Made by a program: the position numbers and the translations under genes. Shown here one piece after another: positions 35,193 to 47,861 of a DNA stretch of 47,861 nucleotides. This DNA is from Chiloscyllium plagiosum. Lineage: Eukaryota. The DNA is taken from contig NC_057718.1 in assembly GCF_004010195.1 (NCBI RefSeq), forward strand, positions 45,868,322 to 45,916,182, read 5' to 3'. A model generated the notes under the pieces. That model did no database searches. It worked only from the letters and a program-made list of their open reading frames with translations, and was not told the DNA's origin. Each line of letters opens with the position of its first letter. Positions within the stretch are counted from its first letter, which is position 1.

Positions 35193-36539
35193 AAAGCAAC
35201 ATTAAACTTAACATTTTGATAAATATTTTGCTAAAGTTATGAAACATAGTAGTTCCTGCTCTAAAGAAAGGAAAGATTTTGCTATACTTACCTATATTTT
35301 AAATATGGCTTAATTCTTTGAGGTTAAATGTCCAACTTTTAAAGTTACAATATCTATAAATGAAATAAGTTTGAAGTTTGAATGTCACATGTTAGAAGTT
35401 TTGGAAACTGGGCAAGGTAATGCCTGAAATATAACTGTTATATTTTATAGAAATGCTTGCTAACAATGATTAAACCAACATATTTATGCCAGAAAAACGT
35501 TCTTGTTTTCTTTTATTCTAGTCTGTTCACGGTCAAAGCAACTGCTTCACACTTTGTGAAAGTAGTGTTTTTAAAATCGCATGCATAAAAATTGTACAGA
35601 TTTTAAAAGACATAAAACTTTTGGAAATCGGATTAATGGTCTCATAGAAATGATGAATACTTCCACTGTAGAATGCCAATGTTTAAAAGAGCAGAATGAA
35701 CAGAACCTGAACAGCTGGTTAGTTGCACATTCACAGAAAGAAGTGAAATGTGAATACTTGTCAAAAAGACCATTTTATTAAATACGCCAGTCTTAAAACA
35801 AAGCATCTGTTTTCTCAGGATTGGTATGCGATTCCAAAACAATTGAAAAATTGAACTGTCTGCAGTTAATTTTCAAAACCAAAGGCGATTGATTCCTAGA
35901 ATGAGAAGGATAAAATACAATGGGGTTAAATTCTTCCAAGTTTAGAAGACTAAACTATGAAATGTCAATGGTGTTGGAGTTTCCTTGCACTTGTGTGGCA
36001 CAAATATTACTATTTGTATATACTATTCCAATATGATTTAGGAATTGTTGTCATGCATACGGACACATGTACATAAAATGGCATATCACACACTCTTATA
36101 TTACATACAGTCCATTTACCTAAGCAGTAATGTATTGTTACACAGCACATCCAGGTTTGTGGGAATTATCTTTGATGAAACCTTCAAAATCTATGTCTAA
36201 AAATGAGATTATTTCAAACTTCTGGAGACAATGTAAGACAATGGTATTAGATGCTTATGTGTAAGTGCCAAGCCTTATAACTGAAATATATGCTGAATTA
36301 CGTTGAGAAAATTCAATCAAAATTAGTGCCACTGCCACAACAATGAATGCCCAACTGTAGCCCACAGTGAATTAGGAAACTAATCCTGTCTCGATTTAAG
36401 CCAAGGAATTTAATCAATAGTGTGGCTTGATATTTAATAGCTTTCTAAAAGGCACCAGCAAAGAGAAGCTCAGCAACATCTTTTTGTGGTTTGGAGAAAA
36501 AAAATACATGAACTGTTTCAGTAGCTCAGGATTGAATGA

Positions 36540-38250
36540 CAATGGTGAGGCGTTTTGAGAAATTTCCAGCCAAAGCCAAATAATTGTATTCACCAATATG
36601 AACTTCACAGCTTCAGGCAGGAACCTGGAGAACCCATTGACAGTTTCTTCACGAGATTGAGAAATGTTGGTCAGTTTAAATTCCAGGAAGCACATAAAGT
36701 GTTGCTGGATTGGCTGACTTGGGGTTCTGCACACCCAATGCAGAGAGAGATCTTATTGGAAAGGACAAACTCACAATCCTGCAGCCTTTTTATGCTTTCA
36801 GAAAAAACTTTGTAAAGCTGAAAGCATGGCTTACTGCACTTTCACATCCACCCGTGACCTGTTTCCCATTCTGTTGGGGTGATAGAGGCATCAGATCAAC
36901 TCCCCACTTAGTGACTCCATTAAATGACAGATTAAATAGCTCTTTAAATGCCTCACTCTTTCACCACAACATTATTTTACATATTTCAGGGGGAGACCCA
37001 ATACCGGATGGTGACCCAACAACTTTTAATGAGCAAACTGGTGTTGGGTAATGGGGCTCACCTCCCTTCAGGGTTCCTTGTTCTCATTGGAAGTATCCTC
37101 AGGTAATACTATTCCGTACCAACCCCACCAACTCCGTATGCTCCAACCTCTCAAAGCCAGTCCCCTCACCCTTGCAGCTGGGCCCTGCCAGCCAGGCTCT
37201 GCTGATACCTCAGACTTACCATCAGCCCAAACCCCTCCACTTCCTCTTCGAGGACTGGTTTTACTCCCAGCAGTGGTCAATGTTCAGATGCACTGCGGCT
37301 GGGTATTCAGAATTAGCAGCATAGTGGAGAGTTTGGAAGCTGTCCAAGGTTAGATTTCCTCCTCAGATAGGGGCATGTGCCTTTCCCCAAGCCAAGTTAA
37401 TGATCTGTCAAATGCAAAATGGCTATATGACAATGGGACTTGTATGGGCAGGGTTCTGGCCAATGTCATATTCAATTGAACAAGAAACATGGTGCTCCAT
37501 AAAACTCAGCTCAACAAGTTTGAGGACATAATAGACACAGGAACCATAAAACTACCTGAAATAGCTGAATGTGGCAGGTCCTAGTGAAAAGGATTTCATG
37601 CAGTCAATCAAATCAGCAAAAATGCGAGGAATATGTCCACAACTATAAAACTAAAACTAAAGCCTGAGCACAATAACATCATCACATTCGTACTATACCA
37701 GAAGATCTTATGTGAATATTTGAAAGGGAATGGTTAGTGAAAGCAAGGTACTTTGAAATAAAACAATGCTATGCTAATGGCAAAAGGTGGACCTGAGATT
37801 TGACAGCAAGGAGCAACCCAGATGAGAGAGGCACACAAATGAAACATTCTACAATCACTAACACAGATGCTCCTGCTATCCTGGAGTTGAACAGTCGTGA
37901 AGAAATGCAGCTGATCTTGGTAAACCATGAACGGAAGGAATTGTTAGTGAAGGTTGAAAGTAATAATCCATTGGAAAGCACCCTTCAATCAGAAATTAGA
38001 AGTGCTTAAAATATAGCAGGGTGTTTTACTGAGATGGTTGGATGTTTTGAAGATTTTGAGAATTGCATTATCATTGGCCCAAAATGGAAACTAATATTCC
38101 CCACCCCAGCTACATAAAGTATCAAATAGACATAAAGGAAAGACTTCAAAGGAAGCTCCAAGAGTTGAAAGAAAAAAAAGTGATTGCCAGAGTTACACAG
38201 TTTATGGACTGGGCAAATTCCACTATTGAGAGAGATAACGTGCAAAGTCA
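36540..38250 (+). mobile_element. Highly decayed Gypsy internal region (gag fragment, start of RT)
   Basis: YELHSFRQEPGEPIDSFFTRLRNVG (gag Q..GE.ID.F.TRLR motif) and IKERLQRKLQELKEKKVIARVTQFMDWANS (RT N-terminus ..VIAKV..PTDWVNS). Confidence 0.6.
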
Positions 38251-38789
38251 AAAATATGGGTTGGTCCAATTATAAAACTGATAATTAACCATTGATGTTT
38301 TAAATATTGTCCAAATAATGTTTGAAACAAGCATATTGTTATTTAGAAATATTATTTTCTTAAAGGAAGGATTTTGTAGAATTTCATTCTAATCTATTTT
38401 AGAACTATATTGTTTTACATATCTATAGAATTGCATTCGCAATGCTACATGAATCACCTTGCACTGCACCCAATGTCACAAAGCAACAGAGCATTATTCT
38501 GCAGATCAAACACTGATTCATTGAGAATTCCTGCATAAAGGTAATCATTTTGAATTCCTGGAAACTGTAAAACATAAGTGACATCATTGCTGTCCAAATC
38601 TTAGTTTATAGGCAAACATGGTCTGCTTCATTATCTGAAGAGTTACAAATAGAACTGAACACTGCAATCACCAGCAAACCTTAAGAGGGAGAAGAGGCAA
38701 CTGAAGACAGTTAGGCCTAATTCCCTGACAAATTCTGATTGGGACTGAGTTGATTGACCCCTAATGGTCACAACCATCTTCATTTGTGT

Positions 38790-40122
38790 CATCGAGTCTT
38801 GAGTTATACAGTATGGAAAAGCCCCTTCAGTCCAACTCGTTTGTGCCAACCAGCTATCCTAAACTGATCTAATCCCATTTGCCAGCACATGACCCATATC
38901 CCTGTAAACTATTCCTATTCATATATCCATCCAGATGCCTTTTAAATGTTGTAATTGTACCCACATCCACTGGCAACTCATTCCATACACGCACCATCCA
39001 CTGCGTGAAAAAGTTGCACCTTAGGTCCCTTTTAAATCTTTTCCTTCTCACTTTAAACCATGCCTTTTAGTTTTGGACTCCCTACACTGGGAACAAGACC
39101 TTGGTTATTCATCCTATCATGCCCCTCATGATTTTATAAACCTCTATAAGGTCACAGCTCCAGGGAAAAAAATCCCTGCCTATTCAGCCTATCCCTATAG
39201 CTCAAACCCTCCAATTCCAGCAATATCCATGTAAATCTTTTCTGAACCCTTTTATATTTAACATCATATATCCTATAGCAGGGAGACCACAATTGAATGT
39301 CGTATCCTAAAAGTGGCATCACCAGTGTTCTGTGCAGCCTCCACATGACATCCTAACTCCTACACTCAATGCACTGACCAAAGAAAGCAAGCAGGCCTAA
39401 TGCCTTCTCCACCACCCTGTCCACCTGTGACTCATTTTCAAGGAAATAGACACTTGCACCTCTAGGTATCTTTGCCCAAAACGTCGATTTTACTGCTCCT
39501 CAGATGCTGCTTGAACTGCTGTGCTTTTCCAGCACCACTCTAATCTAGACTCTGGTTTCCAGCATCTGCAATTATTGTTTTTACCTAACACTCCCTGGGG
39601 CCCTATTATTAACTGTATGCCCTGTCCTGGTTTGCCTTACCTCACTTAAATTCTATCTGTCACACCTCGGCAGATTGGCCTATCTAGTCAAGGTACCATT
39701 GTGCTCTGAGATTATCTTCTTCACTGTCCACTACACAACCAATTTTGGTGTCATCTGCAAACTTACTAACTATATCTCCTATATTCAAATCTAAATTATT
39801 TATATAAATGACGAAAAGCAGTGTATCCAGCAATGATCCATAGGGCACACTGCTCTTCACAGGCCTCCGGTCTGAAAATCAACCCTCCATCACCACCCTC
39901 TGTCTCCTATCTTCAAACCACTTTTGTATCCAATTGGCTGGCTCCACTGAATACCATGTGACCTAACCTTGCTAACCAGTCTACCATGCTGAACCTTGTC
40001 GAATGTCTTGTCAAAGTCCATATGAACAACATTTACAACTCTGGCCTTCACCAATCTTCTTTTTCACCTCTTCAAGAAACTCAATCAAGTTAGTGGGACA
40101 CGATTTCCCATTTACAAAACTG
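38790..40122 (-). mobile_element. CR1 LINE 3' ~1.2 kb, nested in an older CR1-like fragment
   Basis: GTGTCATCTGCAAACTT (KFADDT in reverse), RVQKRFT and WNELP peptides. Flanks ~38650-38789 and ~40122-40150 are contiguous pieces of the 13730-type family in reverse. Confidence 0.88.
39472..39586 (+). mobile_element. Single Penelope terminus nested in CR1
   Basis: TTGCCCAAAACGTCGATTTT..GATGCTGC..CCAGCATCTGCA..GTTTTTACCT, same variant as 20948-21180. Confidence 0.85.
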
Positions 40123-40399
40123 GTATGACTCTAACCAATGGAGTGTTTTTGCTTCGATTCCAAATGACTTCTATTTTCTTAGAGCCTCCTGGTGCCAGAG
40201 TCAGAAGAGTGCTTCTCTGATATCACTCTCACATCACTTCTGGAATTCAGCTTTTTGGCCTCAGTTTGAACCCAAACTATAATGAACTCTGGAACCAAAT
40301 CGTCCCAGTATAATCCATATAGAACATTGATGAATAAGTGTCGCTTAATGGCACTGTTGGTGTCAACTTCTGATACTTTTTTGATAAATGAGTGTAAGT

Positions 40400-41272
40400 T
40401 GATTGGACCTGAGTGCCAAACAGCAGCAAGTGGTAGACAGAGCTAAACAATCCCACAACCAACAGATCAGATCTAAGCTTTGCATTCCTGTCAGATCCCA
40501 TTGTGAGTGCTGGTGGGCAATTAAACAACTCACTGGAGGTGGAGGCTCCATAAATAGTTCCAATCTGAATGTTGGAGGAGCCCAGCACATTAGTGCAAAA
40601 AGTAAGATTGAAGCATTCACAATAATCTTCAGTCAGAAGTACTGAGTGGATGATGCAACTCCACCTCCTTCAAAATCCTCAGCATCACAGATGTCATTCT
40701 TCAGCCAATTCAATTTGCTCCACATGATATCAAGTATCAGTTGGAAGTACTGGATACTGCAAAAGCTTTGGGCCCTGACAACATTCTGGCAATTGTTCTG
40801 AAGACTAGTGCTCCAGAACTGGCCATGCCACTAATCAAGCTGTTCTAGTACAGCTAGGAGAAAGTGAGGACTGCAGATGCTGGAGATCAGAGCTGGAAAT
40901 GTGTTGCTGGAAAAGCGCAGCAGGTCAGGCAGCATCTAAGGAACAGGAGAATCGACGTATCAGGCATGAGCCCTGAAGAAGGGCTCATGCCCAAAACGTT
41001 GATTCTCCTGCTCCTTGGATGCTGCCTGACCTGCTGTGCTTTTCCAGCAACACATTTTCAGCTCTGTTCCAGTACAGCTACAACACTGACATCAACCCAC
41101 CACTGTGGAAAATTGTCCAGCTATATCATGCCCACAAAAAGCAGGACAAATCCAATCCAGCCAATTACCACCCTATTGGTCTACTCTCAATCATCAGTAG
41201 AGTGATGGGAGATGTCATCAAAGTGTTATCAAACAGCATGTGCTCAGCAATAATCTGCTCAGTGATGCCCAG
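40400..41272 (+). mobile_element. CR1-like LINE fragment (pre-RT and RT start)
   Basis: WWAIKQLTGGG, GGCCCTGACAACATT (GPDNI), HKKQDKSNPANYHPIGLLSIISRVM; homologous to 13730-14090. Confidence 0.85.
40857..41063. mobile_element. Palindromic Penelope-terminus insertion, family A
   Basis: Inverted arms; 17-bp TSD CTGTTC(T/C)AGTACAGCTA at 40840-40856 and 41064-41080. Confidence 0.9.
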
Positions 41273-41748
41273 GAAAAGTCCAGTTGCCCTGATACTTTGG
41301 GAGTGGGGTGATGTGGGGGGAATGTTGGGAATTGGTGGTTGTGGAGGGTGCCAGTGATTGGAAGAGCCAGAAGTGCCAGGATTACAGAGAAACTGCGAAT
41401 TTAACCACAAGATCTCATTAGAATATTTTAACTTTGTTTTCTACCCAGCAATCAGCCAAAGAGAAAGCCTACTTGTCTTCCAAAGATAAAAGAAAAAGCC
41501 TGCAGACATCAGCTGAGCACTGTCAGGGCTGATGTCTGCAAATGACAAGATTGAGAATCATGGAGGGAGTGCTGAGGGCAGAGTCTTGAGGTACTGGATG
41601 TTCACAGCAGAATGTTTTGTTTGAGGAATCGGGGAAAGAACTCCTGCTCCAGTGAGTTGACAAATGCTGCTGGAAAAGGGGACCTGGTCGCTCTCATTTC
41701 CCTTTCAGGTTAAAGGTTTTCCAATTCCTGAAAAGTTTAATTCACAAC

Positions 41749-41838
41749 CTGTCAGAATCAGAGGGGCACAGCTTTAGGACTGTCAGAATCAGAGGGGTAC
41801 AGCTTTAGGACTGTCAGAATCAGAGGGGCACAGCTTTA
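41749..41838 (+). repeat. Minisatellite, 31-bp unit x2.9
   Basis: CTGTCAGAATCAGAGGGG(C/T)ACAGCTTTAGGA repeated. Confidence 0.95.
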
Positions 41839-42479
41839 CTAAGACAATTAAATATGGCCACCTCTGCAGAGAGGGCTATTCAGATACACCTGCACCTGCA
41901 ACTGTTAGAATGAAAGTATAAATTTCCATGGTCAGTCAGGATCAATTTTGCACCAATTTAGCTATACCTCATAGAGACAGTGGAACAAATTTGACATAAT
42001 GACTTCCAGAGTTTCTGCTTGTAGAGTTTTTGAAATGATTGATTTGACGGAACTTAAAGGAACTTCATTTTTTTTCTGGCAACCAGGAAACTCTTAATTT
42101 CAAAGGAGGTTTTTCATTGCTACCATAATCATAAAGTCAACCATTTGGGGTGTCAGGGATAGTAATAATGACATATTTTCACATTTTCACATCAGAGAAG
42201 CTTTGAGCTGTCTGAGAATTTGCTATAATTCTTTTTATCAACTAAATGGGCTTGTAATTGAGAGACTCACCAGAGGACGTTATGGCTTACAAAGTACAGA
42301 TTAAGCCATTTCCTTTATTTCTACATATTGTCACTACTTAAGACTGAATTTTAAGGTCCTCTGTTGGTGGAAATAAGCAATCATTACCCCTGAACCAAAG
42401 TCAACTCCAGCTACTGTTGAGAATTAGTATTCGATCTCATTCACTGAACATTTTACTACATTAGCTGAAAGCTTCATTG

Positions 42480-43500
42480 TGAAGTGTGCGCTGAGCAATA
42501 TGACAAAACATTTTGGCCATCAGCAGTTTGTTAATATTAAAGCATTATCCACAGTCCATTGTTTTGAGAATCTCCTTAATCAGCTGTATCTTAACGCTGA
42601 CAACAGAAAACATCATTGACAATAGTGCTGACTGATTTTAGCAAAGCATTTGACCATGCAGATCACACTGCAATCATCTATCTCCTTTAATTAAGTCTCT
42701 CGCGTGTACACTGGATCTTGGATTTTCTCAACAATTGACATCAATCTGTTTGATATGAATCAAGTATATCCAGTTGAATAATGCTATTTCCTGGGATCCC
42801 ACAAGGATCAAAAAGAATCGTTCCCTATTTTTTTTTTAGCTGCTATAATCAATACCTCTATTGGGATCACCACATTGTAAATTGCTGTAAATATGGATAT
42901 CTTGACCCTCTTGGAGTGTTGTAAGCATGATGATGCATCTCATGTGCAAGGGGCAACCACTTCATTGAGTGAATTGATAACAGTGAATCTCAAGTGACTT
43001 AACTCACAAAGGTGGAAAACTATGGAACTGTGTTTCATGCACAACATTCTGATACCCCTCTCATCAACATAGAAGATGCTGAGACTGCACAACAAATGTG
43101 CATTAAACTATTTGGAATTTACATCCCAAGTGATCTCAAGTGGGGTTATCAAGTGTGTGAAATACTTAAGAGAGAAAATGGAAAATTTCACGTGCTACAT
43201 CTTCTCAAGCATCACATTGTGTTTAATAATTATGTAGGTGCATTATTGACTATTCTGTGCCAGTTTGGAACACTGGGCTTAACAAAGAGCATGTGAACAA
43301 GCTCACAAAAGTTCAGAAATGCGCACTGCAAGTAACCCAAGGCAATACTTACCAAAGCTACTCTGATGCAATCAAACAATTATATTCGCATTTTCTAGCT
43401 GAAAAGTGTCTGGATTTCCCTATAAAACTTTTGAATTGTAGCATAAATTTCCATTATCTCCTTGTGTAACCACACAAAAGCAAACATATGATAGAATTAA
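42480..43500 (+). mobile_element. Ancient LINE RT remnant (CR1/Rex-Babar supergroup)
   Basis: DFSKAFDHADHT (~42635), GIPQGS (~42793), IKLFGIYIPSDLKW, PVWNTGLNKEHVNKLTKVQKCALQV..Y.SY..A. Confidence 0.65.
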
Positions 43501-43774
43501 GGAAAAAGATATCATTCGGCAAATGACGTACAGAATAAATAAACTATGAGACAACCAGTCCCTTAAACTCAAAAAATGTATGTAAATAATTGACAATTTC
43601 AGCAACTCAATCTGACAACAGAGCTATGGACTTTAACCAAAATATAGGATGGATATGTCATTATTATTCTGTAAATTAAGAACTACATTTTGTAATGTTT
43701 TGTAATTATTGGTATGTTGAAATGTTTTCTTTATTCTTTCATGGGATGTGAACATTACTGAAGAAAATCCCAAC

Positions 43775-44080
43775 TGTGCAGAAAGAGGCCATTCAGCCTA
43801 TGAGTCGGCACTGACCATTAGAAGAACATCCTACCCAAACCCAACCCCCAACCTTATCCCTGCATTTATCATGGTTAATCCACCTAGCCTACACATCCCT
43901 GGAGACTACAGACAATTCACCCAACTTACACGTCTTTTGACTGTGGGAGGAAACCAGAGTACCCAGCAGAAACTGGGAGAACATGCAAACTCCACACAGG
44001 TAGTCACCCTAGGTTGGAATCAAGCCCATGTACCTCATGCTGTGAGGCAGCAGTGCTAACAACTCAGCCACCAAACTGCC
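43775..44080 (-). mobile_element. Old HE1/V-type SINE
   Basis: TTGACTGTGGGAGGAAACCAGAG..GCAAACTCCACACAG..TGTGAGGCAGCAGTGCTAAC. Confidence 0.8.
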
Positions 44081-44339
44081 AGCGTGAGTCAGCCATTCGC
44101 TGCCTATCCCTAAATGCCCTTGAACTGATTGGCTTGCTAGACTATTTCAGAAAACAATTAAGAATCAACCACATTACTGTGGCCAGAAGTTACATGTAGG
44201 CCAAACTAGATAAGCCCAGCTGGTGTCCTTTCAGGACATTAGTGGAACAGATGAGTTTTATTAACAACTTGATAATATGTTTTGGGAGATATTTTGAAGA
44301 TTAAACTTAAAATATAAGCCATAGCTATTAATTTAACCT

Positions 44340-44495
44340 GGTGCAGTGTTTTGTAGAGGAATAAGACAGTGTTATTTTCTGGGTCTGTATAATGTGAAGG
44401 AGCAAAGATGGCCTTTGCAGTGATATGTACTTCTTGTCAGATGTGGGAGTTTAAAGAGAGTTTAAGGGTTACTGTGGATTATATCTGCCATAAAT
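44340..44495 (+). mobile_element. 5' part of a plus-strand CR1 ORF1 (Cys-rich N-terminus)
   Basis: MAFAVICTSCQMWEFKESLRVTVDYICHK; resumes in frame at 47653. Confidence 0.8.
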
Positions 44496-47400
44496 AGACA
44501 ATAGATAATAGGTGCAGGAGTAGGCTATTCTGCCTTTCGAGCCAGCACCACCATTCATTATGATCATGGCTGATCATCCTCTATCAGTATCCTGTTCCTG
44601 ATTTATCCCCATAGCCCTTGATTCCACTATCCTTAAGAGCACTATCCAACTCTTTCTTGAAAGCATCCAGAGACTTGGCCTCCATAGCCTTCTGGGGCAG
44701 AGCATTCCACACACGCACCGCTCTCTGGGTGAAAAAGTTTCTCCTCAACTCTGTTCTAAATGGCCTACCCCTTGTTTTTAAACTGTGTCCTCTGGTTCGG
44801 CACTCACCCATCAGCAGAAACATGCTTCCTGCCTCCAGAGTGTCCAATCCTTTAATAATCTTGTACGTCTCAATCAGATCCCCTCTCAGCCTTCAAAACT
44901 CAAGCATATACAAGCCCAGTCGCTCCAATCCTTCAACATAAGATAGTCCCTCCATTCCGGGAATTGACCTCTTGAATCTACACTGTACCCTCAATAGCCA
45001 GAATGTCTTTCCTCAAATTTGGAGACCAAAACTGCACACAATATTTCAGGTGCGGTATCACCAGGGCCCTGTACAGCTGCAGAAGAACCTCTTTGCTTCT
45101 ATACTCAATTCCTCTTGTTATGAAGGCCAGCATGCTATTAGCTTTCTTCACTGCCTGCTGTACCTGATGCTTGCTTTCATTGACTGATGTACAAGAACAC
45201 CTAGATCTCGTTGTACTGCCCCTTTACCTAACTTGACTCCATTTAGGTAGTAATCTGCCTTCCTGTTCTTGTCACCAAAGTGGATAACCACACATTTATC
45301 CACATTAAACTACATCTGCCATGCATCTGTCCACTCACCTAGCCTGTCCAGGTCACCTTGTAATCACCTAACATCCTCCTCACATTTTACCCTGCCACCC
45401 AGCTTTGTACCATCAGCAATTTGCTAATATTACTTTTAATACCACTATCTATATCATTAATATACATTGTAAAAAGCTGCGGTCCCAGCACTGATCCCTG
45501 CGGTACCCCACTGCTCACTGCCTGCCATTCTGAAAGGGAGCCATTTATCACGACTCTTTGTTTCCTGACAGCCAACCAATTTTCAATCAAAGTCAATATT
45601 TTGCACCCAATACCATGCGCCCTAATTTTGCTCACTAACCTCCTATGTGGAACTTTATCAAAGGCTTTCTGAAAGTCCAGGTACACTACATCCACTGGAT
45701 CTCCCTTGTCCATCTTCAGAGTTACATCCTCAAAAAATTCCAGATTAGTCAAGCATGATTTCCCCTTCATAAATCCATGCTGACTCTGACCTATCTTGTT
45801 ACTGCTATCCAGATGAGTCGTAATTTCATCCTTTACAATTGACTCCAGCATCTTTCCCACCACTGAGTTCAGACTAACTGGTCTATAATTCCCTGCTTTC
45901 TCTCTCCCTCCTTTCTTAAAAAGTGAGACAACATTAGCCATCCTCCAACCCGTAGGAATTGATCCTGAATCTATGGAACGTTGGAAAATAATCACCAATG
46001 CATCCACGATTTCTAGAGCCACCTCCTTCAGGATCCTGGGATGTAGACCATCAGGTCCAGGGGACTTATCAGACTTCAGACCTAACAGTCTCTCCAACAC
46101 CAATTCCTGGCAAATATAAATTCCCTTCAGTTCAGGTCCTTCAGCCACTATTACCTCTGGGAGATTGCTTGTGTCTTCCCCAGTAAACACAGATCTGAAG
46201 TACCAATTCAATTCTTCTGCCATTTCTTTGTTCCCCGTAATATATTCACCTGTTTCTGACTTCAAGGATCCAATTTTAGTCTTAAACATTTTTTTCCTTT
46301 CACATACCTAAAAAAGCTTTTACTATCCTCCTTTATATTTTTGGCCGGTTTCCCTTCGTACCTCATTTTTTCTCTGCGTATTTCCTTCTTAGTTATCCTC
46401 TGTTGTTCTTTAAAAGCTTTCCAGTCCTCCATTTTCCCACTCATCTTTGCTATGTTATACTTTTTCTCTTTTGACTTTATATGTTTCTTAACTTCCCTCG
46501 TCAGCCACGGCCACCCCTGCCTCCTCTTAGGATCTTTCTTCCTTTTTGGAATGAACTGATCCTGCATCTTCTGCATTATACCCAGAAATACCTGCCATTG
46601 TTCCTCCACTGCCATCCTTGCTAAGGTATTGCAGCATTGAACTTTGGCCAGCTCCTCCCTCATAGCTCCGTAGTTCCCTTTATTCAACTGAAATATTATC
46701 ACTTCTGATTGTACGCTCTCCCTTTCAAATTGCAGATTAAAGCTTATTGTATTATGGTCACTACCTCCTAATAGCTCCTTCACTTCGAGGTTCCTGATCA
46801 AATCCGGTTCGTTGCACAACACCAGATCCAGAATTGCTTTCTCCCTGGTAGGGTCCAGAACCAGCTGTTCTAAGAATCCATCTCGGAGGCACTCCATAAA
46901 CTCCCTTTCATGGGGTTCAGTACCATCCTGATTCTCCCAGTCCACCTGCATGTTGAAATCCCCCATAACAACTGTAGTAATATCTTTGTGACAGGCCAAT
47001 TTCAGCTCCTTATTCAACTTACACCCTACATCCAGACTACTGTTTGGCAGCCTGTAGATAATTCCCAAGAGGGTCTTTCTACCCTTAGAATTTCTCAGCT
47101 CTGTCCATACTGACTCTACATTCTCTGATTCTAGGTCCTTCTGCGCAAGGGACAGAATATCATTCCTTACCAACAGGGCCACCCCACCCCCTCTGCCCGT
47201 CAGTCTGTCCTTAGGATATCACGTATAGCCTTGAATATTCATTTCCCAGGCCCTGTCCACTTGAAGCCACGTCTCCATTATCCCCACAACATCGTAACTG
47301 CCAATTTCCAAATGAGCCTCAAGCTCATCCACTTTATTTCTAATGCTTCGTGTATTCATATATAATATTTTTAATTTGTTACTGCCCTCACCCTTCCTAA

Positions 47401-47652
47401 CAATCCCTATTTCACTCAACCTTATGGCATGATCCCTTTTTGAGTTTTCTGCTCCATTGATTCCATTGCCTTTCTTGACTTCTCTTGTTCTAATTTGCCC
47501 TTCAATTTCCTTCTTAAACTTCCAGTTTATCCCCTCACCCCCGCTATTTAGTTTAAATGCAGCTGTGTTGCAATGGCAAACCTGCCTGCCAGAATGCTGG
47601 TCCCCCACCTATTAAGGTGCAATCCGTCCCTCTTGTATAGTTTACCCTTACC
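44496..47652 (-). mobile_element. 5'-truncated CR1 LINE: end of ORF1 (esterase), all of ORF2, 3' tail
   Basis: LYKRDGLHLN..G..IL (SGNH/esterase end); APE motifs YMNTRSIRNK, ETWL, GDFN, LDLVL, SDHN; RT motifs KSPGPDG, NYRPVSL, YLDFQKAFDKVPH, SGVPQGSVLGP; (CTATTGT)-like tail at 44496-44510. Confidence 0.96.
44584..47400 (-). pseudogene. Disrupted CR1 ORF2 (endonuclease + reverse transcriptase)
   Basis: Collinear ORF pieces 47219-47608, 46262-47182, 45387-46289 and 44584-44847, separated by stops and frameshifts, including one at the FADD motif near 45415. Confidence 0.92.
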
Positions 47653-47861
47653 GCTGTTGGATGCGAATCTTATCACATCGAGTGGATCAGTTGGAGAGAC
47701 AGATAGATGCGATGAGGAATTTGCAACAGCAACAGTATGTGATGGATGGCAGTTATAGGAAGGGATGAAAGTCTCAGATACAGTCACATAGATGGGTTAA
47801 CTCCAGGAAGGGTGAGAGAGGTTGGCACCTAGGGCAGGAGTCTTTTGTGGATATACCCATT
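47653..47861 (+). mobile_element. Continuation of the plus-strand CR1 ORF1
   Basis: (C)CWMRILSHRVDQLERQIDAMRNL..W..SRK, the coiled-coil region of CR1 ORF1, in frame with 44409-44495. Confidence 0.8.

Noticed and set aside
41749..41838. 31-bp repeats as a CRISPR-like array
   Set aside because: The units are directly adjacent with no unique spacers, the context is eukaryotic and there are no cas genes.
45387..47608. Long RT and nuclease ORFs as a novel RT system or host gene
   Set aside because: They are collinear pieces of an ordinary CR1 ORF2 with a CR1 tail.

Overview
Repeat-dense, AT-rich vertebrate DNA, very probably from a cartilaginous fish (shark). This is inferred from HE1/V-type SINEs, a SacSINE1/Deu-type SINE, CR1 LINEs and the Penelope termini typical of elasmobranchs. 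No host protein-coding exon, rRNA, genuine tRNA or CRISPR array can be supported, so the window looks like a large intron or gene desert. The ORF track is explained by transposon debris or chance. The main contents are: a ~3.2 kb, mildly damaged CR1 LINE (44496-47652, minus) inserted into ORF1 of another CR1; many CR1, CR1-like, L2, RTE and Rex1 fragments; a decayed Penelope-like element (PLE) with RT and GIY-YIG motifs; Gypsy remnants and solo LTRs; a TA-flanked pogo/Tigger-type MITE; several local duplications; and a 500-N gap. The most notable signal is a set of about a dozen short PLE-derived insertions, mostly palindromic and flanked by 8-18 bp target-site duplications (TSDs). Their termini carry minimal hammerhead-ribozyme motifs in three sequence families whose helices co-vary. 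All family assignments come from motif recognition, not from database searches.
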